Source: Deltaproteobacteria bacterium
GTDB lineage: Bacteria > Myxococcota_A > UBA9160 > SMWR01
Assembly: GCA_032128115.1 (NCBI GenBank)
Contig: JAQBHB010000098.1
Coordinates: forward strand, 70,642-134,641
Direction: 5' to 3'
Length of the DNA stretch: 64,000 nucleotides
Part shown: piece after piece, positions 18,642 through 26,936 of the stretch
How the letters are laid out: the number at the start of each line of letters is the position of its first letter
Numbering within the stretch: position 1 is the stretch's first letter
Notes under the pieces: model-generated
Told to the model about the DNA's origin: nothing
The model's input: the letters and a program-made list of their open reading frames with translations, nothing else
Databases searched by the model: none
Position numbers and translations under genes: made by a program

Positions 18642-21259
18642 GCCGGGTCCAATCCCGCCGTTCTCGTATCGGCAGGCTTCGCACGGCACTCTCCCTGCGG
18701 GCAAGATCGCGTCGCCTGATCCGCTCGATGCTGCTCTCGGCATATCCTGCGAGTCCGAGCTCGATCGGGGAGATCAATGGGATTATCGAGGGCCGAATCC
18801 TCGCGTCCGTCGTGGTTCTCCTGGTGGGCGGCCTGTTGCGTGGAATTCCCGGCTTGGCACGGATCCTCGGCATGCTGCTTGAGGGGCTCGGCGGCGAGGT
18901 TCCGCTGAAGCCAATCATCTGGTCAGCGGACGAGGGCCCGAGGGTCCTGATCAGCATCCTGAGTTGGGACGCGCCGCATTACGTAGGAAGGCTCCTGAGA
19001 GATTTGAAGGAGAACCTCCCGGGCAACTGTGCCCACCACATCCGCATTCTCGATCAGGGCTCGCGGAACCGGACGCGGCGCCTGGTGAATCGTTTCATGA
19101 GACGAATTCCGCACGCGACCGCTTCACTGTCTTCTCGCAACATCGGGTTCTCAGCCGGGCACAACTCCAACTATGACGAGGTCTGGAGGCGCTCGCATTT
19201 CGACTACTTCGTCGTGTTGAACAGCGACGTCATCTTTCGCAAGGCCGGTTGGCTGGACACCCTCTTGATCTTCATGGAAACCCACGCGTCGGTAGCCGTG
19301 GCGGGACCCTCTGCCTATTGCATTCGCAGGGAGTCGGGCGAGCTTCGCGGACATGGGCGCCCCGCAGACCCCCAGGAAATCGGGGCCGGCCTGTGGGATT
19401 TCGTGAGTGGGGCCATTTCGATTCTCCGTACACGAACGATCCGCCGGCTGGGGCTGTTCGATACGACCTATACGCCGGGCTATTTCGAAGATTCCGACCT
19501 GTGCTTGCGCTACGCGCGTTATGGCGAGAAACACGCGATCGTTCCGGACTGCCCATTCGAGCACCGGTATCTGAAAGGACGACCTTCATCGGTAGGCGCT
19601 CATCGCCGGAATCTCGATGAGAGGTTTGGCGATTTCATGGAGCGAAATCGCAATGAGTTCCTGGAGCGGTGGCTGGATTCGGATTCCTGGCCGAGAGAAC
19701 CCGAGGCGCTCGCGCAGACCCACCCGCTCATCTACTTTCCGCCTGAAGCCCTAGACGCCGACTGTTGGATTCAGGGACCTGGAAAAGGGACACGAGACGG
19801 CTTCAGCTACGACATCGGCTTGAAGAGCCGTTTGGTGGTGCATCACTCGACCCGGATTCGCCCAGGAGCGCATTTCGAGATCCACGACGGAGGAGAAGTT
19901 CGTATCGGAGCGGGCTGCGTAATCGGGATGTTCAACTGGGTCCAGGGAAACGGCGGGGTCGAGATTGGCGCGAATACCATCACGGGACCCCATGTGTGTC
20001 TGCTTTCTACGCAGCACGGAATCGAATCCGGTCACCTGATCCGCTCCCAGCCGCTCCATCGCAAGAAGCTCACACTCGGCCGCGACGTCTTCATAGGTGC
20101 CAATGCGACGATCTGCGCGGGAATTTCGATCCTCGATGGCGCAGTTGTGGGCTCAAACAGCTATGTGGGCTCGGATGTCGCCCCCCTGGCGATCGTCGGC
20201 GGCGTTCCGGCGCGCCGGATCGGCGAGAGACGCCAGGCAGCATATCAGCGAAGCGCGCTGGCGGTGGTGGCTGTGGGAAACTCGGACCGTCCCGACCGGT
20301 TCGATTTCCAGACCAATCTGTTTGGGACCATCGGGGTCGGTTTGGCCAATCTTGGAGTCGATCTGCATCTGGTCTGTCACCCCGACGCGCCTGGGAATCC
20401 AAGTCGCATCGCGCCGGGACATCAGATCTTTCGCGAGGATCATGCCGATTTCGAAGCCCTCCTGGACCGATTCGATCCCGCTTGGCTGTTCGTCTGGAAC
20501 GGTGGATCCGATGGAGACCGGATCACCCAGAAACATGCGGCGCAGCACGGAATCCCCGTCGTTTACGCGGAACTCGGCTGGTTTCCCCAGGCCACGACGT
20601 TCTATTTCGATCCATGCGGAACCAACGCGCGTTCGGAGATTCGAAATCTGGATCTGACCGGTGTCGAGATCGATCCGCGCCTGGATTCCTGGGTCGCCAG
20701 ATACCTCGCGGAGATGGGCTGGGGACCCGTCGACCCAGGCGAATACGTCTTTGTCCCGCTCCAGGATGAACGAGATCTCAACATCACCTTGGCGTCTCCC
20801 TACGAGACCATGGCTGAGTTCGTCGACGCGTTGTCGCTTCGATTTCCCGACAAGCGTTTTGTGGTTCGGCCGCATCCGCGCTTCCCGGATGTCGTCTTGA
20901 ATGAACGTCCGAACGTCGATGTTCGGTCAGGCGGAGGTCTCTACGGATGGCTGCGCGGGGCCAGATCCGTCGTTGGCATCAATTCGACGATCCTGTTGGA
21001 GTCTCTTTTGATGGGGAAACCCACTTTCTCGGTTGGTGCCGGGCTGGCGACGGGGCTCGACGTGATGTTCGAGGCCGCGAGTGTGGAAAACCTCGATCTC
21101 GATCGCCGCTCCGATTCGAGCCGCGAAGAACGGAGAAAGAGATTTCTCTCGGAGCTGATATTTCGCCGCCAATTGGACCGATCTCGGGCAGGTGACCCCC
21201 AGTACCTTCTCGAGAGCATGGTTGTGGGCGGGTTGCTCAAGCGCGCTCTCGAAGATTGA
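18638..21259 (+). CDS. Multidomain protein: GT2 + hexapeptide O-acetyltransferase + KpsS/KpsC-like (Capsule_synth) domain
   Basis: GT2: NIGFSAGHN, LNSDV, GYFEDSDLC; LbH: GRDVFIGANATI...IVGGVPARRIGER; C-terminal: ELGWF, PLQDERD, RPHP, GINSTILLESLLMGKP. Confidence 0.8.
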   Translation: MSRVQSRRSRIGRLRTALSLRARSRRLIRSMLLSAYPASPSSIGEINGIIEGRILASVVVLLVGGLLRGIPGLARILGMLLEGLGGEVPLKPIIWSADEGPRVLISILSWDAPHYVGRLLRDLKENLPGNCAHHIRILDQGSRNRTRRLVNRFMRRIPHATASLSSRNIGFSAGHNSNYDEVWRRSHFDYFVVLNSDVIFRKAGWLDTLLIFMETHASVAVAGPSAYCIRRESGELRGHGRPADPQEIGAGLWDFVSGAISILRTRTIRRLGLFDTTYTPGYFEDSDLCLRYARYGEKHAIVPDCPFEHRYLKGRPSSVGAHRRNLDERFGDFMERNRNEFLERWLDSDSWPREPEALAQTHPLIYFPPEALDADCWIQGPGKGTRDGFSYDIGLKSRLVVHHSTRIRPGAHFEIHDGGEVRIGAGCVIGMFNWVQGNGGVEIGANTITGPHVCLLSTQHGIESGHLIRSQPLHRKKLTLGRDVFIGANATICAGISILDGAVVGSNSYVGSDVAPLAIVGGVPARRIGERRQAAYQRSALAVVAVGNSDRPDRFDFQTNLFGTIGVGLANLGVDLHLVCHPDAPGNPSRIAPGHQIFREDHADFEALLDRFDPAWLFVWNGGSDGDRITQKHAAQHGIPVVYAELGWFPQATTFYFDPCGTNARSEIRNLDLTGVEIDPRLDSWVARYLAEMGWGPVDPGEYVFVPLQDERDLNITLASPYETMAEFVDALSLRFPDKRFVVRPHPRFPDVVLNERPNVDVRSGGGLYGWLRGARSVVGINSTILLESLLMGKPTFSVGAGLATGLDVMFEAASVENLDLDRRSDSSREERRKRFLSELIFRRQLDRSRAGDPQYLLESMVVGGLLKRALED

Positions 21260-21435
21260 GTCCCGCGTGATTTCTTGTCTGCGATCAGGTCCATCGTCGC
21301 CTCGGCTCTGGTGCCGATCTGGTGGAAACTCGGATTCAGCTCCGAACTTCTGAAATCGGTTCTATAATGCCGACTCGATCGGTAGCGCTACACCCTTGAG
21401 CGCCCGCCGGAACGAGCACGAGAGTGGGAAAAGGC

Positions 21436-21528
21436 GTGCTCTTCAAGTCGGCCGAGTTCGCTCTCTTTCCGCCTCTTGTTCCGCTGCTCTTCTGCATTTG
21501 TCCCCAAAGCGGACGACATTGATTGCTG
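21436..21528 (+). pseudogene. N-terminal remnant of an MBOAT O-acyltransferase (AlgI/DltB-like), cut at the island edge
   Basis: Manual translation MLFKSAEFALFPPLVPLLFCICPQSGRH*LL resembles the MLFNSxEFxxFLPxVxxLY start of AlgI; ends 4 bp before the right repeat. Confidence 0.5.
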
Positions 21529-21532
21529 AGCC

Positions 21533-21736
21533 GGTGCCCGGCGTGGACGGCCTGGTGCTGGCCACCGGCCACTTCCGCAACGGCATCCTGTTGGCACCGG
21601 TGACGGCCCAGCTGGTGTGCGACCTGGTGCTGGGCAAGGGACTGCCGGAAGAGGCGGCCCCGTTCTCGCCGGCTCGATTCCTGTCGAGCTGACTGCACTG
21701 CGCTCGTCTGAGGCTCGCTGCGCGGAGCCCGACCGG
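21533..21736. repeat. Right copy of 204-bp direct repeat (orphan thiO 3' end retaining canonical GHFRNGILLAP)
   Basis: Matches 15314-15517. Confidence 0.95.
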
Positions 21737-21810
21737 GGTCGGCATTGCGCAGTCCGTCCAGTGGATTGCAACGCGTTCTCCTCGCGCCGACAGCATTGCC
21801 GAATCCCGGA

Positions 21811-23253
21811 TCACAGGTAGCCGAGTGCCCGCAGCTGCTCCTTCACCTCGTCGGAGAGCTCCCGCGCCGGCCGCTCGGGGTCGTCGGCCAGGATCGGGTC
21901 GAGCACGGCGCGCAGCAGCGCTACCCGCTCCGGGTGCGTTGCCGCCACGTCGCGAGCCTCACCCGGGTCGTTCGCCAGATCGAAGAGCTGGTACTGCGCA
22001 CCCCCGGGCTTCGGGATGTAGACGAGCTTCCAGCCCTCGTGACGGATCGCACGCCGCTTGCCGCGAATTCCAGGCAGGTAGACATCGGGGCTCGCGCCGA
22101 CGAAATCGCGGCCGCTCTCCGCGTAGGCGGGCATGGCGGGCAGCGCCCCTCCCGCGATGGCGGGCAGCAGGCTGATGCCGTCGAGGCCTTCGGGAACCGC
22201 CCGGCCCAGTGCGTCGAGCAGTGTCGGGGCGATATCGACCGTCCGCACCTGTTGGTCGACGGTGCGGGGCGCCGTCCGCGAGGGGTGCCCGGGTGGGAGT
22301 CTCACGATCAGCGGAACGCGCAGGACGGGCTCGTCCACCCTCGCGCCGTGCTGCAGGTAGCCGTGCTCGCCGAAGCTCTCGCCGTGATCGGAGGTGACCA
22401 CGACGACGGTCTCGTCGAGAAGGCCGCTCTCGCGCAGCCGGTCGATCAGCCAGCCGATGTCAGCGTCGGTGCGCCGCAACCCGGCGTCGTAGTGCGCGAT
22501 CATGTGGCGGATCGTCTCCTCGCTGTAGTCGTAGTCGAAGAAGGCCCGCCGGTATTGCTCCGGGTCGGTGATCCGGAGCCCCTTCCCGCGCGCTCCGGCC
22601 GCGATGCCCAGGGCGCTCCAGCCGCCCTCGTTGAAGCGGTGGTCCTTGCCCTGACACGTGTCCAGGTCGGCCATCTGCTCGGGAGTGGCCCCGTAGGGCC
22701 AGTGGGGACCGTTCATGCGGACGAAGGCAAAGAAGGGCCGCTCCTGCTCCGCGATCCAGTCCCAGGCCGCCTCCAACAGATCGCGGTCGCTGGTGGCCGA
22801 GGCGTCCTCGATGAATCCGAAGCCGCGTCCGGCGGTGATCCTGCGGATGAAGGTGACCCGATCGAACACAGCCGTGACATGGCCCGCCGCCGCGAGCTCG
22901 CTGGCGAGGGTCGGGGTGTCGGGCGCCAGCGGCCAGTCGCCCAGGTAGCGCACGCCGTGATGCGGCGGGTACAGGCCCGTCAGGATGGAGGCGAACGACT
23001 GGAAGGTGCGCGGCGCCACCGTGATGGCCTGGCTGAAGTTCACGCCGTCGGCGGCGAGGGCGTCCAGGTGTGGGGTCTCGATCCCGTATCCGTTCGTCGA
23101 GAGATGGTCGGCGCGCACCGTGTCGGGCACGACGACCAGCACGTTCCACGGGCGCTGCGGGGGTGCGCAGGCGAGCGCGAGGCAGGCCACGCATCCCAGG
23201 GCGACGGCGCGCAGGGCGATCAACGCGGCCCCTCGAAGGCGGTCAGGCGACAC
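21811..23253 (-). CDS. Sulfatase-like hydrolase/transferase with Thr at the nucleophile position
   Basis: VVPDTVRADHL, TPHLDALA, APRTFQSFASILTG, NGPHWPY, TSDHGESFGEHG, LFDLANDPGE; lipoprotein-like N-terminus; start GTG 23253 inferred. Confidence 0.85.
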   Translation of the reverse strand: MSPDRLRGAALIALRAVALGCVACLALACAPPQRPWNVLVVVPDTVRADHLSTNGYGIETPHLDALAADGVNFSQAITVAPRTFQSFASILTGLYPPHHGVRYLGDWPLAPDTPTLASELAAAGHVTAVFDRVTFIRRITAGRGFGFIEDASATSDRDLLEAAWDWIAEQERPFFAFVRMNGPHWPYGATPEQMADLDTCQGKDHRFNEGGWSALGIAAGARGKGLRITDPEQYRRAFFDYDYSEETIRHMIAHYDAGLRRTDADIGWLIDRLRESGLLDETVVVVTSDHGESFGEHGYLQHGARVDEPVLRVPLIVRLPPGHPSRTAPRTVDQQVRTVDIAPTLLDALGRAVPEGLDGISLLPAIAGGALPAMPAYAESGRDFVGASPDVYLPGIRGKRRAIRHEGWKLVYIPKPGGAQYQLFDLANDPGEARDVAATHPERVALLRAVLDPILADDPERPARELSDEVKEQLRALGYL

Positions 23254-25004
23254 AAGTGGCCATCGGCGAGGACCGCGTACGCAACATGGGATGCCCCCGG
23301 GTCGTAGCGCGGCACGATACCCGTCCAGTGCGAGCGGGGCGAGAGATCGGAATCCGGACCTCCCGCGATGGCGTCCCACCAGTCGGGATTGCGATTGCCG
23401 AGGCCGCGTACCCTGCCCGTCGGGTCCGCGATCACGATCGAGGAGGGGGGCGCCGAGGCCGCGTGGTCCCAGGCCCAGCCCCGAACGCGGAAAGTGGGCC
23501 CGGAGCGGTTCTCAAGGCGCGAGACCCTGTCGATTCCCCCCGAGCAGCGAGACGGCTCGGCCACGGCGCCAAGACTGCCAAGCGACCGGCCGGGCCAGTC
23601 GGCGCGAGGGTCGTCGAAGAAGCCGCGGCGCTGGTCTGCCAGCGCCTCCATCGAGTCCAGCACCAACTCGACGCTGCCACCGGAGAGCCTGCGCGCGAGC
23701 GACTCGCTGCGCACGTCGAGCAGCAGCGCCAGCGATCCCATCGAGAGCAAACGGTCTCGCGACTGCTGCGCGCGCATCGCGTCCGCGAAGGCGGGAAGCA
23801 TGCACACGCTCGCCAGGATCGGAAGGAGAACCAGCGCCCGGACGCTGCCACTTCGCGCGCGCGACCCGGGAACCAGACTCACTGCGGCGCACACGGCACC
23901 AACCCAGAACAGCACCGACCAGATCGCGTAGCGGGGCATGATCGACTGGTCCGCTCCCATCCCCACCCGCGCGAGCCCCGCCGCGAGTCCCGCTCCCGCC
24001 GGAAACACGGCGAGCCCCAGCGCAAGCAGGGCCCGGGGCGTCGCGCGCGCGGGTCGAAGCCAGAGGAAGAGGGCGAACACCACGAGCGCCACCAGGCCCA
24101 CGGCGCCCGCCGTGGCGGCGAAGGCCAGCGCGCGCTCGTCGTCCCACCCGAACAACCCTTGCACGGTGCGCGCCAGCGCGCCGCCCACGAACGAGGCATC
24201 GAATCGCAGGATCTCAGCCAGCGCCGGAAGGCCGAGGGTGCCGGGCTCGAGCGGCACCGCCCGCGGGCGCGGCCGCGCGTGGCTCCCGGCAACGACCAGG
24301 TAGACCGCGACACTCGACGCGGCGCCGGCGGCAAGCGACGCTGTCTGCCGCAGCGGAAGCCGGGCCACGAGGGCAATTGCGAGCAGCGAGCCCCAGGTGG
24401 CGAACCCGGTGCCGAAGCTGAAGGTGGCCATCCCGGCGAAGACGCCGGCGAAGACGAGCCACCGCAGGGGCGCGCCCGATCGGGTCCGGTGCTGCACGAA
24501 CGTGATCCCGCACGCCACGGCCAGCGTGAACCACAGGAGCGTCGAGGTGTTCCACAGGGCCGCGCCCCACAGCAGGCTGTGAACAACGGCGCCCCAGAAC
24601 ACCGCAAACACCAGGAAGGAGGCCGTGCTCCGAGCGAGCGGCGTCGAAGGCTCCCCCTCGGCCGCGAAGATCCGGCACAACACGAGTGCCGCGAGGGCGG
24701 TGCACAGCAGCGATACCCCCACGAGCAGGAGCCCCCTGGCTCCGAGCGAGAAGTCGGCAGCGTAGACCAGCAGGGTGAGGGGGATCACGTGGCTGTTGTG
24801 GGGAGTAACCAGCCACTCGCCGAAAGGCGTGGTCTGCAGCCAGGCGATCATGCGCCACTCGTCGTAGTTGAAGACCGTGAAATGGTGGCGGAGCGCGAGC
24901 CATGTCACGAACGCGACGAAGAGACCCACGAAGGCGATTTGGAGCGCCGAGAACACCGAGTCGAGTCGACGCATCGAGGCCCGAAATTCCGTCGGCGTTG
25001 CCAT
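23220..25004 (-). CDS. Polytopic membrane protein, possible GT-C glycosyltransferase with C-terminal periplasmic domain
   Basis: NYDEW after TM1, PHNSH, many TM segments, PRY motif, C-terminal GGIDRV...RVRGWAWD beta domain. Confidence 0.55.
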   Translation of the reverse strand: MATPTEFRASMRRLDSVFSALQIAFVGLFVAFVTWLALRHHFTVFNYDEWRMIAWLQTTPFGEWLVTPHNSHVIPLTLLVYAADFSLGARGLLLVGVSLLCTALAALVLCRIFAAEGEPSTPLARSTASFLVFAVFWGAVVHSLLWGAALWNTSTLLWFTLAVACGITFVQHRTRSGAPLRWLVFAGVFAGMATFSFGTGFATWGSLLAIALVARLPLRQTASLAAGAASSVAVYLVVAGSHARPRPRAVPLEPGTLGLPALAEILRFDASFVGGALARTVQGLFGWDDERALAFAATAGAVGLVALVVFALFLWLRPARATPRALLALGLAVFPAGAGLAAGLARVGMGADQSIMPRYAIWSVLFWVGAVCAAVSLVPGSRARSGSVRALVLLPILASVCMLPAFADAMRAQQSRDRLLSMGSLALLLDVRSESLARRLSGGSVELVLDSMEALADQRRGFFDDPRADWPGRSLGSLGAVAEPSRCSGGIDRVSRLENRSGPTFRVRGWAWDHAASAPPSSIVIADPTGRVRGLGNRNPDWWDAIAGGPDSDLSPRSHWTGIVPRYDPGASHVAYAVLADGHLCRLTAFEGPR

Positions 25005-25092
25005 CGAGGCGACAAGCTACTGGATTCGCTGCGACTTGGCGCGACGCAAATCCGCTGATAGGCTGCGCCGGATCCATCGAGGGAAGCACTTG

Positions 25093-26904
25093 ATGAATTG
25101 CAACGGCTGGCGGCGCCGGCGCTCGCGTTCCAAGACCCTGATCGGGGTCGCCGGGGTCGCGCTCACACTGCTCGCGTGCCACGCCTCGGGCGATGAGCGC
25201 CCGAGCTTCCTCGTGGTGAATCTCGACGACACGCGCTTCGACGGCATCGATCAGATGCCGGAGTTGAGGCGCAGGGTCCTCGATCGGGGCGTGGGGTTCG
25301 AAAACGCCTTCGCCCCTTCCCCCACCTGCTGTCCGAGCCGCGTCTCATTGTTCACGGGCCGCTATGCACTACACCACGGCACGCGACACGTGCTCGGGCC
25401 CTTTGGCGGAGCCCGGAGTTTCCGAGAGAGCGGCGCCGACCGCGACACGATCGCCGTCTGGCTACAACGGGCCGGCTATCGCACGGGTTTCTTCGGCAAG
25501 TACCTGAACGGCTACAACGACAAGTCCGAGAGCGGCCTGGGCCCCGACGGCGGCTTCTACCGCCCCCCGGGCTGGGACCGCTGGTGGGCCTTCGTGTCGC
25601 CCGCCCACTACGGCGGAGTCCACGGTACCGCCTACGAGATCGTCGAGGAGGACGGCGCGCGCAGCACCTTTGGAAACCATGCCGACGATCGCGAGTACAG
25701 CACCGATCGCTCCGCCGAGATGCTGAGGCGGTTTCTCTCGGATGCCACGGCGCGGGGGGCGCCCTTCCTCGCCTACTGGGCGCCCTACGCGTCCCACGTG
25801 GAGATGCCCATCCGGGAGCCTGCGCCGGCCGCGCGGCACCGGGACCAACTCGACGGGCTGGCGCCCTGGCGCCCGCCGAGCTGGAGCGAACCCGACAGAA
25901 GCGACAAGCCGCGCTGGGTCAGCACACACACGCGCAACACGCTGGTGGCCGTCCACAACGATCGGGTCCGCCAACGCGCCTACGAGTCGCTGCTGGCCGT
26001 GGACGAGCAACTCGCGGAAACCCTGGATCTCCTGAATGATCTCGGCGTGGACGACCGCACCTACGTCCTGTTCACCAGCGATCAAGGCTCCGCCTGGGGA
26101 GAGCACGGCCTCTTCATCCAGACGAAGGCCTGCCCCTACGAGGAGTGCTTGCGCATTCCCCTGGTCGTGCTCGACCCCACGCGCGAACCCGCCTCGCCTG
26201 GGACCCGCGACGCGGTTGTATTGAACCAGGATGTGGCACCCACGCTCCTCACACTGGCTGGATTGGATCCGCCGACCGGTGTCGACGGCCACAGCCTGGC
26301 GGCGTGGCTTGCGGGCCCACCTCCCGAAACCTGGCGGTCCGACTTCCTGCTGGAGTTCTGGCGCTTTCCCCGGTCCGACATCGTCGAATACCGGGGGCAG
26401 GTCGCCGACGGCGACCGCCTGCGCCTGTGGTTCGGCGACTGGCGCCCCGCACCCAGGCCCTCGTTCGTCTTCGAATTCGACGCGGACGGGCAGGTAGCCG
26501 AGGGGGCCGTCCGCGTGGCGATGGGAGCCGACGCCCGGGCGAGTGTCGACAATCTGGCAGACGCGGTCCGTGTCACGCTTTCGGGTTCCCGCACCGAGCA
26601 CGATGTCGACGGGAGCCGCCTCAAGGTCCACGCCAGCGGGGACCACTATGCCAGCGTCTACTGGTGGGAGGAGGTCGACGCCAACGACGTGCTCGCCCCG
26701 AGAAACTACATCCCCGACTACTTCGGCGTGCGCGACGTCGCGAACGGATTCACCTGGGTCGAGTACGAGACGGGGGAGCGCGAGCTCTACGACCTGAACG
26801 AAGATCCCTGGCAGCTCGAGAACCGGGCCGACGATCCCGACTACACCGCCGCGCGCCTGCGCCTGGCGGCGCGATTGCGCGAGCTGCTTGGCGAGCCGCG
26901 CTAA
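25093..26904 (+). CDS. Formylglycine-dependent sulfatase (N-acetylglucosamine-6-sulfatase-like)
   Basis: NLDD, CCPSRVSLFTG (CxPxR), GYRTGFFGKYLNGY, FTSDQG, ELYDLNEDPWQLEN. Confidence 0.9.
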   Translation: MNCNGWRRRRSRSKTLIGVAGVALTLLACHASGDERPSFLVVNLDDTRFDGIDQMPELRRRVLDRGVGFENAFAPSPTCCPSRVSLFTGRYALHHGTRHVLGPFGGARSFRESGADRDTIAVWLQRAGYRTGFFGKYLNGYNDKSESGLGPDGGFYRPPGWDRWWAFVSPAHYGGVHGTAYEIVEEDGARSTFGNHADDREYSTDRSAEMLRRFLSDATARGAPFLAYWAPYASHVEMPIREPAPAARHRDQLDGLAPWRPPSWSEPDRSDKPRWVSTHTRNTLVAVHNDRVRQRAYESLLAVDEQLAETLDLLNDLGVDDRTYVLFTSDQGSAWGEHGLFIQTKACPYEECLRIPLVVLDPTREPASPGTRDAVVLNQDVAPTLLTLAGLDPPTGVDGHSLAAWLAGPPPETWRSDFLLEFWRFPRSDIVEYRGQVADGDRLRLWFGDWRPAPRPSFVFEFDADGQVAEGAVRVAMGADARASVDNLADAVRVTLSGSRTEHDVDGSRLKVHASGDHYASVYWWEEVDANDVLAPRNYIPDYFGVRDVANGFTWVEYETGERELYDLNEDPWQLENRADDPDYTAARLRLAARLRELLGEPR

Positions 26905-26936
26905 TGCATAATGGAAGGTGGAGACACTCTACAGGG

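Larger units (their letters stand above)
15314..21736. mobile_element. Polysaccharide export/biosynthesis island in the thiO 3' end, no integrase visible
   Basis: Flanked by 204-bp direct repeats; interior is visibly more AT-rich than the flanks. Confidence 0.6.

Noticed and set aside
21396..21692. 98-aa ORF as a real gene
   Set aside because: Chance open frame running into the duplicated thiO 3' end
15314..21736. Diversity-generating retroelement (TR/VR pair) explanation for the 204-bp and 78-bp repeats
   Set aside because: Mismatches are not confined to adenines on either strand and no reverse transcriptase is present
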